Assembly (NCBI GenBank): GCA_015680685.1
Contig: MNCI01000535.1
Span: 1 to 64,000, forward strand
Reading direction: 5' to 3'
From: Gnetum montanum
Taxonomy: Eukaryota; Plantae; Gnetophyta
Length of the DNA: 64,000 nt
Made by a program: the position numbers and the translations under genes. Below, piece after piece: positions 1 through 12,779 of the stretch (the first letter of the stretch is position 1; each line of letters starts with the position of its first letter). The notes beneath the pieces are model-generated. The model was not told the origin of the DNA. It saw only the letters and a program-made list of their open reading frames with translations, and did not search any database.

Positions 1-856
1 TGCCTCAATCACACTTAACCATACAATTGCATTCCATAAGTGGGAATGGGAAGACAACGAATGAACAACACACACACACTATTTAGCGCTGGCATACTTA
101 GTAATCATAGTCTACGTAATTCGACTTTAACACAAACTTTAGAAGGCTAAGTACATGAAGGAGTCAATGGTTTTCAACCAATCCTTAGTAGAAGCCACAC
201 CTTACAACACCAAAAAGGACTTGATAGAGATTTGTAAGGAGAACCTGGTTTTGACCTAGGAGAATTATTGCCTGCAAAATGTTAAGACCTAGAAAGAGAA
301 AATGATAGAGTTTGTGTGACAAAAATAGGAGCATCTTGTCAAGATGAATATGGGATTTAGGAGATTGGCTATAGAAAATCATAATCTCTCAATGGAGGAG
401 GTCCATGCCTTGTGCTAGAAATCAACAATTAACATAACTACCTAGAAAAATGACGCCCTCAAGTTCAAAAGGGTCAAAAACCACATTAGGGACTAGGCGT
501 GCCTTCTCAAAGAGGTCAATGAGAAAGAGATCTAGTTGGAAAAGGAAAAATTCAATGAGGCCCTCTAGTAGCTCCAATAAGGAGATGACATATGACAACC
601 CGTCTTTGATGGATTAAATGCATACAACAAGCCAAAACATTACCTCAAGAAGTATCAAGCTCATTTACATGGTTATTGCACACTAGTAATAAGTCATAAT
701 AATTAACCATGCATAAATAGTAAAAAGGTAAATATGCATAAAAATTTACCATATGATGATATATAAACTATACATATGAAAATTATTATTATTACATGTC
801 TTGATATTTTGGTATCACTAGGCATACAAAGCAAGTGGATAATATGGGGTGTTACA
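1..856. mobile_element. Degenerate LTR-retrotransposon remnant ending at an LTR terminus
   Basis: Ends in GGGGTGTTACA (846-856; TGTAACACCCC on - strand, a typical gypsy LTR end). Bases 1-70 resemble 63735-63795 inside the solo LTR. No clear coding domain. Confidence 0.4.
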
Positions 857-867
857 TTTGGTTGTAG

Positions 868-1088
868 GAAAGACATCTTGGGTAGAAGGAAAATATGTCT
901 TTGATTCTAGAAAGACATCTTCTAGGAGGGGGAAAGACATATTTTCATTTTGAAACATATCTTACAAAGAGATCTTGTGCTTCTAAAAGATGTCTTCCAC
1001 TTGAAAAAGACATTTTGTTTGAGGGAAAGATGTCTTTCTAAGATTACTTAACTTGTAGGAAAGACATCTTCTTAACTTTCAAGACATG
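868..1088. repeat. Cluster of AAGACATCTT/AAGATGTCTT motifs in both orientations
   Basis: About 10 copies of the AGACATCT/AGATGTCT core spaced ~20-40 bp apart. Confidence 0.65.
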
Positions 1089-3834
1089 TTATTCAAATAA
1101 AATAATAATTAAATAAGGAAAAAGGCTACAATAAAGTATAACCACAAAGGATAGTAAAAAAAATAAGAATTAGGGAATTTAACAAACATGGAAACATTAT
1201 CAAAAGCTGAACATGAAGCCAACAAGAGAAATACTAATTGGAAAATCAAATTCTCATAATAGATGGTGGAAGAAAATCATAAATGTGGAATTTTATTTAC
1301 ATATCAATGAAAACATCAAGATAGTAAAAGAGATTCTTACAATTAGTAAGACCCAAAGATCTTATAAGATCAAGAAAAACTAGAGATGTTATGTATGGGA
1401 AGCAAAAATGTAAAACTCAAAACTAATCAGCAGATAGGGATATTCTTAAAACCTCCAGAAAAATGAAAAATACATATAAAATAGAAATGCAAAAAACTAT
1501 AGAATCAATATTTCAACTAATATTGACCATTTGTAATAACAAAAGCCATCCAAGAAAATGTTGATACTAATTTGTGACAAAACCCATACCTAAAAATGGT
1601 AGAAATAACAATGATCATAGGGATAAAATTGAAAATCAAATTATAAAATTATACAATATATTCAATCAAATAAATATCCAATTCCAAAAAAATCTACATA
1701 AATACATGGAATCTAATTTTACAAAACTTATTCCACACAACACCTTGTAAATTTATGATAAATGGACAAGAGGCAAAGATTACTCACGTCAAATATGTAT
1801 AAGAAATCCATACAAACTAAATGTAGCACCACAATGAATCTACCAAGGATGCAATATGATCAAAAAATATCTAGCAACTCCACAAGCTCTAATTTCTAGC
1901 ATCATCCTTTCCTTCCTATAAGAAGAAATGTCAAGATGTGTAAATTGGAGGAGTTGTGAATGTTTTATTAAGAGGTTGTCAAAAATCACATAAAGAAAAT
2001 TAGGCTAGTTTTCAAAATGAGAGTTGGAGAATCATTTCATTAGTCACATCCATAACTCACACAAATTTCTCACTCTTTCTCCTTTTTCCACCACATCTTA
2101 TCCATCATGCATAAGCACAAAATATCACATGCCATTTATAGCTCTATGTTAGCCAAATAAGAAAATTAGATTAAATTAAATTAAATGTAGAATATATCTA
2201 ACTTCTATCCTATAAATCAAAATTTCTCAACCATGTCATGCTCCCAACATAACTTCGATGAAATACAATCACACTCATCAATAAGATTATTGCACATATG
2301 CTGGATGGAAATACATAAATCATAAATATCAAAAGAAATAAATGATTAAGTTAATGCATGTACACCATAATTCAAGAAAAATTATCAAGATACATTACAT
2401 AAAATATATCAAGCTAGCATCTAACTAACAAGCATAACACACCCATGCATCATGAAAACACAAAATTTCTAGGAGGAAATATACTAACCAGGAATCCAAA
2501 AGTATGGTTTGTTATAGACATCTTCAAACCTTTTAATGTGAGATTTTAATCTTATAATTGAGTTGGAAATATTAGAAATTCATTAGTAGAATGTAAATAA
2601 GATCATAATAAGTCATTGGATGTGGTCATAGAATAGTATAATTAATTGCTTAATTAGTGTTTGAATCATGGGTTTAGTAAATGTAAATAGTTGATGCATC
2701 TAGTAGAAGAACTACAGTTGTAAACTTGTGAAAGGATGGATATGTATGTTATTGACAATATCTAGCAAAGATCATTGGCCTAAACTATAGTTGTGTTAGA
2801 TGTTATGGCTAGATCAAAAGGTAAATGGCTAGATCAAAAGGTGAATGGCATAAGCATGCTAATGTAGATAAAGTCAAAATAGATCCCAAGTGTTAGAAGA
2901 GAATGAAGAATGCTAAATGTAACTTTAAAATTTCTAATGTTGTTGAAGTCCTTATGCAAGAAGAATTTAGTACATCTTTCCAATGTGGTTGATAAGGTTT
3001 GGGATATATTAAATATAAAAATGACTTCGAGTCTAAAGGATTTGAAAAATAAAGTTGTTGAATTAGTTGTGAAGGCATTTACACCATGAGGTAAGACTAG
3101 TGATAGCAAGATAAAGTGAAAGAAGCCTTACTATGATTGGATTTCTTATCCTTAAGAAACATTTCTTTTGCCATAGCGTCAACAATGGATGAGATTTCAT
3201 CCTTTGAACTTGGCACCTTAGAGTGCCTCCTTTATATCACAATAATCTTCCTCATGTCATCCTTCTTCCTACTAAGTAACTCAATAGGGTATGGACCATT
3301 TGTCTTAAGTAATGTCCTAGCAATATTATCCATATCTACCATAACTATCTCAACAATCATAGCTCAAACAATATCCATCATGGCCCTCTATATCAATATA
3401 GGAGGAGATTTTAAATTATCCATAGTAGGCCTCAACTCCCAAATATTACAATGCTTCCTTCTTTCTCCACTTATTTTATCAATCAAAGTTAATATTTTCT
3501 TTTTACCTTAGTTAAAGATTTAATTAGTTCCTATTTCCTTTAAATGATAAGAGAAAAATAAAAGTAATATAATTTATAAGAAGATCAAAATTCATCCTTA
3601 TCAGTGGCTCAAGTAGATAACTTATTATCTTATTAAATAAGAGACTATCAATTCAACTCATACTTAAGGTATCATTATATTCCTCTATAGTTCTTTTATT
3701 GCATAATGTTGGCTATATGTCTTGGGGTGGACCTTTAGTTAGATTAACCATGGCTACACCACATCCTCTCTTTGATATAGTGCCCCTTTTCACATCATGA
3801 CATAATTTTGCATGCAATATATGTATATCATCAC

Positions 3835-4125
3835 CTATAAACATGTTAACATCATCACTTTCAGAAATAGGCTTTAAAAAATTTGCTGCAATAGTAATAG
3901 ATACCATAGAAATGTTGGATTGCAGACAATGATCCAGTTGCACTCTAAAAATACATAGGTCTCCTATAAGTTAGTTCTTCATCTATAAATATGTTAACAA
4001 TACCACTTTCATGAAAAAATTCTAAAAAATGTGCCACAACTATGATAGATATGATAGAAATATCAAATTTCAAATGCTAGTCCACTTTCACTCTAGAGCT
4101 TAATAGGTCTCCTCCAAGTTAGTTA
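3835..4125. repeat. Two-copy diverged tandem duplication, ~148-bp period
   Basis: CTATAAAyATGTTAACA...ATAGGTCTCCT..AAGTTAGTT begins at 3835 and again at 3983. Confidence 0.7.
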
Positions 4126-5577
4126 TCATGTTTTGACATATGTAGCTAACTTGCAATCCCTAGAGTACCCAATTGAGATCCTTCTTAACTACATATACAA
4201 GTAAGCATGGGAAGTACTAATTGCTAATGAAATCATTATTCTTATACTCCATCTCAAACTCATTCATGTCTAAACTTATTGCTAATAAAATTAGCATGAA
4301 TGCCAATACAAATCCAGTGTGGCTTAAAACCTATTCCATCATTTCCAAGAATAAAAAATTTGTGTATTAGATCACACAAGCACCATTATCTATACACATG
4401 TACTAATTAAAATCATACATGATATGCATAGAGAAGGATAGATTCATGAATACATCCTAGAGAAAGGGTAGGTCCATTTTAAAACCAACTTCAAAAATAA
4501 CAATTATATGTCTGAATTCATAGCATGGATGACCTCAATATAAGTACTCATGTATTAGTACTCATTTTGAAAGTTCATGATAACAACATACATGTCTCCA
4601 AAAACAACTGTGGCAATAATGGTGAGTTCATGAACCCACTTATTAAATTTAATGTAGGAATATATAAACAAGTTATTTCCATCCACAACACTACAACATC
4701 ATTATGGCTAGTTGATATGATTATTGAGCTCCATAAGAAGATCAATATTGCAAACCATAATGGACATATAATATTTGAGATTTCATAGTTGCAATAATTA
4801 CAAAACTATGATATTCTAGTTCTAATGCTTGGTGACCATGAATGTGGTCCAAGTGAGATGCACATAGTTGAAGTTGAGGCCAAAAAATATGGCAATAATT
4901 CTTGTGACAGGCTGCTAGCTCACATCTTCACTCATGATGAACTCCATGTGGGATGGCTAGTTCATGCACACCAACTTCATGTGTGTCTATCACCTAGTCT
5001 GATGATGTAAAGATCCTAGGTTTACACCTTCTATGTTTCCATATGTTTTTCCTTGCCATGTCAACATGTTTCTAGGTGATGACATACATCAATGTCATGT
5101 GAAGTTATGTCATGATATGACAAGGTACAACATACAGAAGGATCCATTGTAGCCACCAGGTATGAAATTTGATAGTTTTGAAAACATATATCATCCTTCA
5201 AACCATATTATACACATGAAATTTCATTGCATATAGGTAAAATACTATATTTTATGGTTTCTTGAATTCTAAAATTCCAACCCTAGGCTACTTAACTCTT
5301 TCTAGTTTATTCTAGAAGGTACATGAAGTTTTTTTTATCTTGATTTTTTGTAGAGATATTGTGGTAGAAATTTTTTTATTTAGGAATGATCTAAAGATAT
5401 AGAATACTAAGGTCTCTAAAACTATAGAGACTCTGAAGCTTTTTATTTTAGTTTAACTAATGAAATATGAAAGTTATTTGAGCTATTCACTAGTAATGTC
5501 ATCTTGTTTATAGCTATTGGTGCTAGGAGCTTCCTATATTAAGTGCTCATAGAAGGAATAGTTAGAAAATGGCTAGT

Positions 5578-5825
5578 TAGGATATCTCATTCGAGCTTGG
5601 GCCATCTCAATAAATTTTGCTACTTGCAAATGGGATGTTCCACTGGAAATTGGAATGTCCCAACTAGAACATATCAAGAATAGTTGGGATGTTTACTATT
5701 TTTGTTGGATGTTTATCTTGAAACTTGGGCTCTACCTCTAGGACATCTCACTAACATTTGGGACATCTTGGCAAATACTAGAATATATTCTTTTAGCTTT
5801 TATGCTTTTGGCATCCTTGACATCT
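5578..5825. repeat. Cluster of GGGAYRTCYY motifs
   Basis: Repeated gggatgttcc/ggaatgtccc/ggacatctc/gggacatctt. Confidence 0.5.
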
Positions 5826-7069
5826 TTTGTTTTCTGATTGAGACTTTGATATCTTAGATTGACAACTCAAATCTCATCTTGATCTTAATATATTCTTTGT
5901 CTCAATCTATTTTTATGATAATATCTAAGCTCTTTTCTTAATCTCATCATATTCTTATAATCTTGATCTTGTCTTTCTCATGATGTTTCTTGCTCTATCT
6001 TGATCTTTGAATAGTCTTACAAGATTGTACAATTTTTTTTCTATTTTCTCTATTTTTTTATGGTTTTTAACACAGCAAAAGATCAACAAGAGAAGTTAGA
6101 ACCTATCTACTATAAGACCCATGAAAATACTAATGCTTTGGAGATCAAGATGATGTGCCTCACTCATACTACTTGAATTACCTCATGAATCTACAAATGA
6201 AAATGGGCCCTCATTGTCTTCTTCAGAGTTAGATGAGGAGAGTTTTCAAGCTTCACCTATTTTGATAGATAAGAAGCCAATTTCCTTTTCCATGAAGGTC
6301 ATTGTCATACCTTCTATTTCATGTCAAACTTATTTTGCTCCCCAACCCAAAATATTGCAGGTGTTTTCCTATGAATTTTGAGTAGATTCTCCTCAAAAAT
6401 CTATAGATGGGCTTTATTTGATATGAAAACCAACAATAATTCCTATAAATTTCTCAAAAAAAACTAAGGAATATAGGTCACGTTCAATATCATCATTAAT
6501 CATAGGATGGGATCAAAGCAAGACTCGCAAGGGAAGTGGTATGTCTTGAAGGGTTCCACCAATAATGGCAAGCTCAACTGAGACACCTAGGTTGTTGTTC
6601 CCAATAATCAATCCTACAACTAAGGAACTTTCCCAACCTTCTACATGGATGAGGATTATGTCAAAGACATTGGTAAGGTTACCAATTATATCAGCTCCAC
6701 TGATATGCTATTTAGCATCTTATGATTGCAGAAAGTGGATGATCCGCAAGTTAAGAATAGGGTTAGTTATGCTTTTGAAGTTGTTGAAAAGTAAGATTCA
6801 GTGATAGAAATTTATGATAATGGACTTTTAGTTATGCAATCATTTCAGAATTGGACTAGCTAGCAAGGGAGATGAAGTCATATTTGAGGGCACAGTTAGA
6901 AAACTAGAGAGTTCTTTGAATAATTGTAGAGTTATTTTGAAGAAGCTTATGAGACTAATTGCATAACATAGAGGTAGGCATGGTCTTAAGGTATTAAAAA
7001 GGATTTATAGATGCTAGTATATGTATCAATTATATGTGACTAAAATCTATGGATATATACATTCCTCAT

Positions 7070-7745
7070 TATTGCTACTAAAAACCTAAATTACTCAAAG
7101 AAAACCAAGTATCCTCAGTGTAAGCAGTTCCCCAACCTTGAATCCCCAGGGCCTTCATGAGAGAAATGGGATTCAAGATGCCTTGGTTGGTTTGGTAGAT
7201 CAACCAATGACTTATGAGATGTAAAACATGGGAATATAAATAGATTCAAATAATGGACAGAAAATAAAATTTATTTTTGAACACAAAACTCAAAACTTAA
7301 AATTTTATTGAGAAAAAATAAAGAATAAGTTAGAGAAATGTGTACAAATCATGCTTGGATGAGCAAAAAGGGGGCTTACTTATGCAAGAGTTCAAAGCCC
7401 ATTGAAGCCAATGTGATTTGCTTCATAATATGGGTGCTAAGACACTCTTGATGGCATTGAACCTTCCTTCACTGTTGCAACCTTAGATCTACAACTTGGG
7501 TCACTACTAGGGGGTGAGAAAAGTGGAAAGTTTGGATGCCAGATTGCTCCATGCTAGGGATTGAAAATTCCGTAGGTGAAGTGTTGACACCCAAAATTCA
7601 CAAATCTCAAGGCTACAATGCTTCCACACTAGGGTTCAAGAGAATGCAAGTATGGGAACTTGCAAGAACTCTTAAGTACTTGAAAATTTCCCAAGTGTGG
7701 AATACTGAAAAATTGTATCTATGCAAATTACTTGATAATTCTACC
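7070..7745 (-). mobile_element. Degenerate LTR fragment of the A/B/C superfamily, possibly the 3' LTR of C1
   Basis: Start (tattgctactaaaaac...aaccttgaatccccagggcctt) resembles the start of the LTR at 61225 (aaccttggatcccaagggcctt). Contains the TCCAYRCTAGG motifs (7548, 7623) of the C1 internal array. Confidence 0.45.
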
Positions 7746-9245
7746 TGTTGGTGATCGTTTGGGACACGATCGCCAATGAGTGTCCTCGAATAGGATTTAG
7801 GTGCTTGCTGGTCTCTGGTAACACTAAGGCTCAGATACCTCCAAATAGACTTAGTAGTTAATGTGAGTATGTGTGTGTGCTGTTGAGGCATGTGGTTATG
7901 AAATATGAAACGATTACATTGTGTGTAAACTACAAATGACTTATCTTGAAGAGATTCAGCCAACTTTGCCAAGTACTATGAGTTGTTGAGAGTTCCTATT
8001 TTGTTCAATTGCCTAGTCTACGCGGTCCTTATAATACCTACTTGTAACAAATAAAATTTTGCAAAAAAATTTAAGCACAACTCCGCAAATCTACTTCTAA
8101 TTTTTCCCAGAGAAAGAGATAGTTCCACAAGAAAACTAGAAATAGAGCAAGATTCAATGGAAATAGACAGAAAAGAAAGCAGATTTGCGAGGACCTCAAA
8201 TATTTAAACAAGGTAAAATGACACGAGTAAACACTTCACAATAAAGCTATCCAAAATTCAATAACTACAAATTATTCAAACTTCCAAGGCTCAAATAAGC
8301 AATTTCTTCAAGAAAATCCTATTATGCTACCAAAAAATTGCTGCGTAAACTACCATGTACGAGACTCCATTTTGGCTAGATAATGGATGTCAACAATTGC
8401 ATTCAACAGAACCTTCAAAAGACTTGAAAATTTTTGATTGAAATACCACAGAGATTTAGTTTAAAGATAAGAAGAATCTATTCTGGTCCCATCAAAATAC
8501 CAAAGATTTTTTGAACCCTCTTGAGTATTGAATCGTTCAATGGCATGACTACAAGCAGAGGCTCTCTTACAACAATCTTAATAGCAGTTCCTATACGTTG
8601 CACAATAACAAAATTTACTACTAAAATGCTCTTAAGGCTTTTAAACACAAGCCACTTCTATGGAAAAATTTTAACAGAAAATTTCTTATCGGGCAACAAG
8701 AACAATAAGAGCAATCTAAAAGTCCCAAAATTACTTGGCAAGGATGATACTATCTAAACCACTAGTTAGACAATTTAAAAAAAATAAAAATAATACATAA
8801 CTCATAGGACTATGACAAAGAGGCTGAAATCCTTTCTTTAGCAAGCCATCTTACAAGCAATCATTCACAATTTCTTCTTTACAATGCTCTTCTCAAGACC
8901 CCAAGTGTGTCTCCAAGTGAGAGCCCAAGTGTGATCCCAATGTCTTCTCAAAAGTGTGATATATCAAGTGTCTTCTCCAAAATTGTGATTTTCCCCCTTT
9001 TTATAGGGTTCAAAGGTGGTTACATACTTAAAATATCTTAGCTAACTTCTCTCCCAAGTAAAGGAGTTACAACTTACCCATGTAGTTAGGATATATTTCT
9101 CACCAGTTTAATTGGGAAGTTATGTAGTTGGGAAGTTGTATATAAAGTTAGGAGGAATTTATGCTAACACTAATATTTGTAAATACAAAAAATATAATAT
9201 TACAAATATTTTATCATTAATATTACAATTATTTTATGGGTAGTA
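7746..9245 (-). mobile_element. Partial LTR of an unrelated element (E), truncated at the single N at 9246
   Basis: TGTTGG start at 7746 with a change to CpG-retaining sequence; TATA-like CCTATAAAAAGGGG on - strand near 9000; short internal repeats 8900-8990. Confidence 0.45.
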
Positions 9246-9246
9246 N

Positions 9247-12196
9247 TTTCCAAGGGTGCACAACCACGAATGCTTAATGCCTAGGTTGTGACAAAAATCC
9301 TTGGTTTCTTGGTTGTTAAATTGAGGCCCATTATTTGTAAGTATCATCATGGGTATGCTAAAATGAGCTACAATGTTATCTAGGATAAACTTGTAAACTT
9401 GTTTAGATGTGGTGTTCCTTAGGGGAATAGCCTCAATTCACTTGGTAAAGTATTTGGTTGTAGTGATGATGAAGTTATGTCTTGTGGAAGACTTAGGTGT
9501 TATGGGTCCAATGATATCTAACCCCTATTGTTGAAATGGCCATGTTATTTGGGTCATATGTAACTCAATTGGTGATACATGTGTTAGGTTGTTATATTGT
9601 TGGCATGTGTCACATCACTTAACCTTTTGTAGGTAGTCATTCTTCATATGGGGCTAATAGTAGCCTAACCATCTAATCTTAGTGGTCATGGCTCTAGGTC
9701 TTATATTTTCTCCATAAAATCCATTTTGAACTTTCTCTAGGACTATTCTAGCTTTAGTTTTACCTAATCACTTTAGGAGTATGCCATCATAGGATCATCG
9801 ATATAATGTGTTATTACCTATAATGACATACTACTTCGATCACTTACATATGACGTCCTTCTAAGTAGTAGTTAGGACTTATGAGGATTCATCATGCATG
9901 AGGTAAAATTTGATATCATCATACCACTCCTTAGGAGGAGTAGTATGAATGATGACCACAAAGGTATCCTTAGTGTTTTGTGTGATGGGAGTGGCATAGT
10001 CCATGGTTCAGATGGGCAACTTGCTAAACACATCTAACATCATACTAAGGGATAATGTTGCAATTGCATTAGATATGTTATTTTTGTTTCTTGATATGTG
10101 TTGGACATCAACCTATACAAATTGATGTAATAACTACTTTGCTAGATCATAGTAAGGTTGTAACTAAATAGCTTTGCATGCATAAACTTTAGTTACTTGG
10201 TTAACCACAAGTTGTGAATCACATTTGATGGCTAGGCATATAATTCCTAGATCACAAGCTCTCATTATTCCTCTAATCAAACCTTCATATTTTGATAGGT
10301 TTTTGGTACATGGAAACCCAAAATGATAGGCAAAGGGTTAGATCTCACTAGATGGAAATGTTACAATGTTAGCAGCACTAGCCACATGGGTGGTTGAAGC
10401 TCTATTGAAGTTCATGACTACCTCATAACCCTTGGGCACTTGGATAACTATGTTAATGTGTTCATTAGGAAACTCATAATCTATGGCTTCTTGATCATAA
10501 ATAGGTGAAATTGTGAGTTGCACAACTATGGATTGACATTTTGTTGAGGATTAAGAGATGTAATGGAGGTCAAACTCCATGGTTATGGCTTTCCATTAGG
10601 CTATATAGCTACCTTCATTGATGTTGGTTGTTATGTATTTGAGTATGTTATCCTTGAAAATTACATTGACCTAGCTTCTGAAGAGGTAGTGTCTCCATTT
10701 CTTCAAAGAGAAGACTAGTCCTAGACAAGACTTCTCCACTTCAATGTATTGACTCTTGTGGCCAACTAATGCATGGCTAAGGTAGTATACAGGCATTTTT
10801 GCTTTATCATCATGTTTCTAACAAAGTATAGAGGTAGTGAATGTATTAGAGATGGCAAAATAAATGTAAAACTATTTAGCCTCTTGTAGAGGATAGACTG
10901 TCGGTAGCTATGCTAAATCTTGCTTAAGGTTTTCAAATGCCTCTTGGAATTGAGCCATCCACTCATAATGAACTCCTTTCTTAAGAAAGTGTTGCATGGG
11001 TTGTAACTTATCCATAAGCCTAGCAATAAACCTACAAATAAATTGTAATCTACTTTGTAATCCCTGAAGCTCTTTAAGGTTGGTAGGTGCTGCTAATTTG
11101 GATATGTCCTTAATCTTATTAGGATCTACATGTATCCTTGCTTTAGAGACTACCAAGCCAAGAATCTCACTAGTCTTGACACCAAAGACACACTTCATAG
11201 GATTGAGCCTAAGCTTGTATTTGGAACATCATTTAAGCACAATATTTAGGTCATTAGCATGATCATTGGCTATCTTAGACTTCATGGCTATGTCATCTAC
11301 ATAATCGTTAAGCAACCTTAACATGTAATCACTAAAGATATAGGTCATGGCTCTTTGGTATGCCACTTAGGCATTCTTAAGGCCAAAAGGCATCATGATA
11401 TAACAAAAAAAAGCTCATGGGATCATAAAGGTCATGCTAAGTTGGTGCTTTGGGTTGATCCTAATTTGGTTATACCTAAAAATCCATCCATAAAGGATAG
11501 CAATGCATATCCAGTTGTAGTATCGATAAGTTGATAAGGGATGTCATCCTCGATAGTTGCTTTATCTAGGTCTTGGAAATCAATGCAAATATGAATACTA
11601 AAATTTTTCTTAGGGACTACCACTATGTTGGATATCCATTCTATGTAATTAACAGCCCTAATGAAACTATCTTGGTAGAGCTTTGAGATTTCATTGCAAA
11701 CTTCCAAGGCCAAATCAGGTCTAATCTTGTTCACTTTTTGCTTAACTAGTTTAATGCTAGGGTCTAGTATGATGTTGTGCTAGACTAGATGTGGGTCCAG
11801 GCTTGGCATGTCTTCATATGACTAGGAAAATACCTTAATGTTATTCTATAAGACTTTGGTGATGTCTCAAGCACATTGAGGCTTTAGTGAGAAACTTAGT
11901 TTAAGGGTTTTCTCTTCACAATTATGTATTGCGATAGGAACCTCAACTAGAGAGTCTTCAATTATGTCTCTTACTTCTAAGTTAATGTTTTTTACTAGGT
12001 TTTCAGGCCATTCTAGAGGTTTCTCTATTGAGGATATGTGGTCTACAAGACTCTCAAGTTCAAGCTCTAGGAAATTAGGGTTGATACACCATTTAATATC
12101 ACCATGAGGTCCATGTAGACACAAAGGTAAACTGATTTGCTCCCAGGTACTCATACTTTGATCCTGCATATCAACCAAAATCATATTAAGTGGCAC
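9247..12196 (-). pseudogene. pol: C1 pol: reverse transcriptase, RNase H, additional (archaeal-type) RNase H, integrase N-terminus/core
   Basis: WISNIVVVPKK, LSFMDGF, DYVDDIAMKSK (~11280-11310), KCVFGV, FPCTKNLSKYEGL...CDSQLVVNQV (aRH), GYYxPHMKND...CDTC and DIIGP (INT); many stops and frameshifts. Confidence 0.92.
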
Positions 12197-12779
12197 CTAG
12201 GTAAAAGTAAATAAATAATATTAAAATTTCATAAAGCATATGCAAATCTAATGTAATCAATGCCATCCAATATTATCAATGAGATAAGGTCAATTTGGAA
12301 AAGTGAAATAGAGGTTAACAAAGATCACATAAAGGTCAAGCAAGGGTAAGTATAAGAAGTAAGGCTACAAATGATCAATAAAGATCACAATGATGCCAAT
12401 TTAAGGCCTTAGTAGGCCATGATCATAGGGTGTCAAACAGTGGTCATGAAACGTCAAACCCCACTCTTTGATACCATTTAAAGGCCAAAGAAAGGCAAAT
12501 AGAATTATAATAAGACAAAAAATGAACATATAAGGATGTATAAAAGCCATAGAAGATTAACAATATCAACAAGCCAAAACATTATGTAATAAGGCAAATA
12601 TCCAACAAAATAGGCTATATATGATAAATCTGGCTAATATAGGTAAAACATAATTAGGTTTTTCTAGTCTTAGACCTTAGCGGGCCATGTTTTGAGGCTA
12701 CAAGGCTATTAGATCAGTTTAAACATCAATCTAGGCTATTTCTGGGCTATTTTGACCTAAAAATCAAGTGCTTTGTGGC

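Noticed and set aside
2500-5050. Short ORFs at 2834-5010 as host genes
   Set aside because: No recognisable domain or exon structure; likely decayed repeat DNA
6500-7060. Possible CACTA Transposase_24-like remnant (HRGRHGLK)
   Set aside because: Only a short motif among many stops; not supportable without a profile search
7064-7070. CCTCA (7064-7068) / CATCA (62534-62538) as a TSD of one giant element C
   Set aside because: Mismatch plus a 1-nt offset; the two LTR-like sequences are too dissimilar and gag is duplicated between them
7582-7600. TGTTGACACC as an LTR start
   Set aside because: The TCCAYRCTAGG motif continues on both sides; 7746 is the better boundary
9240-9250. Junction of LTR E with C1 integrase as a biological breakpoint
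   Set aside because: Coincides with a single N, so it is probably a contig join of unknown size
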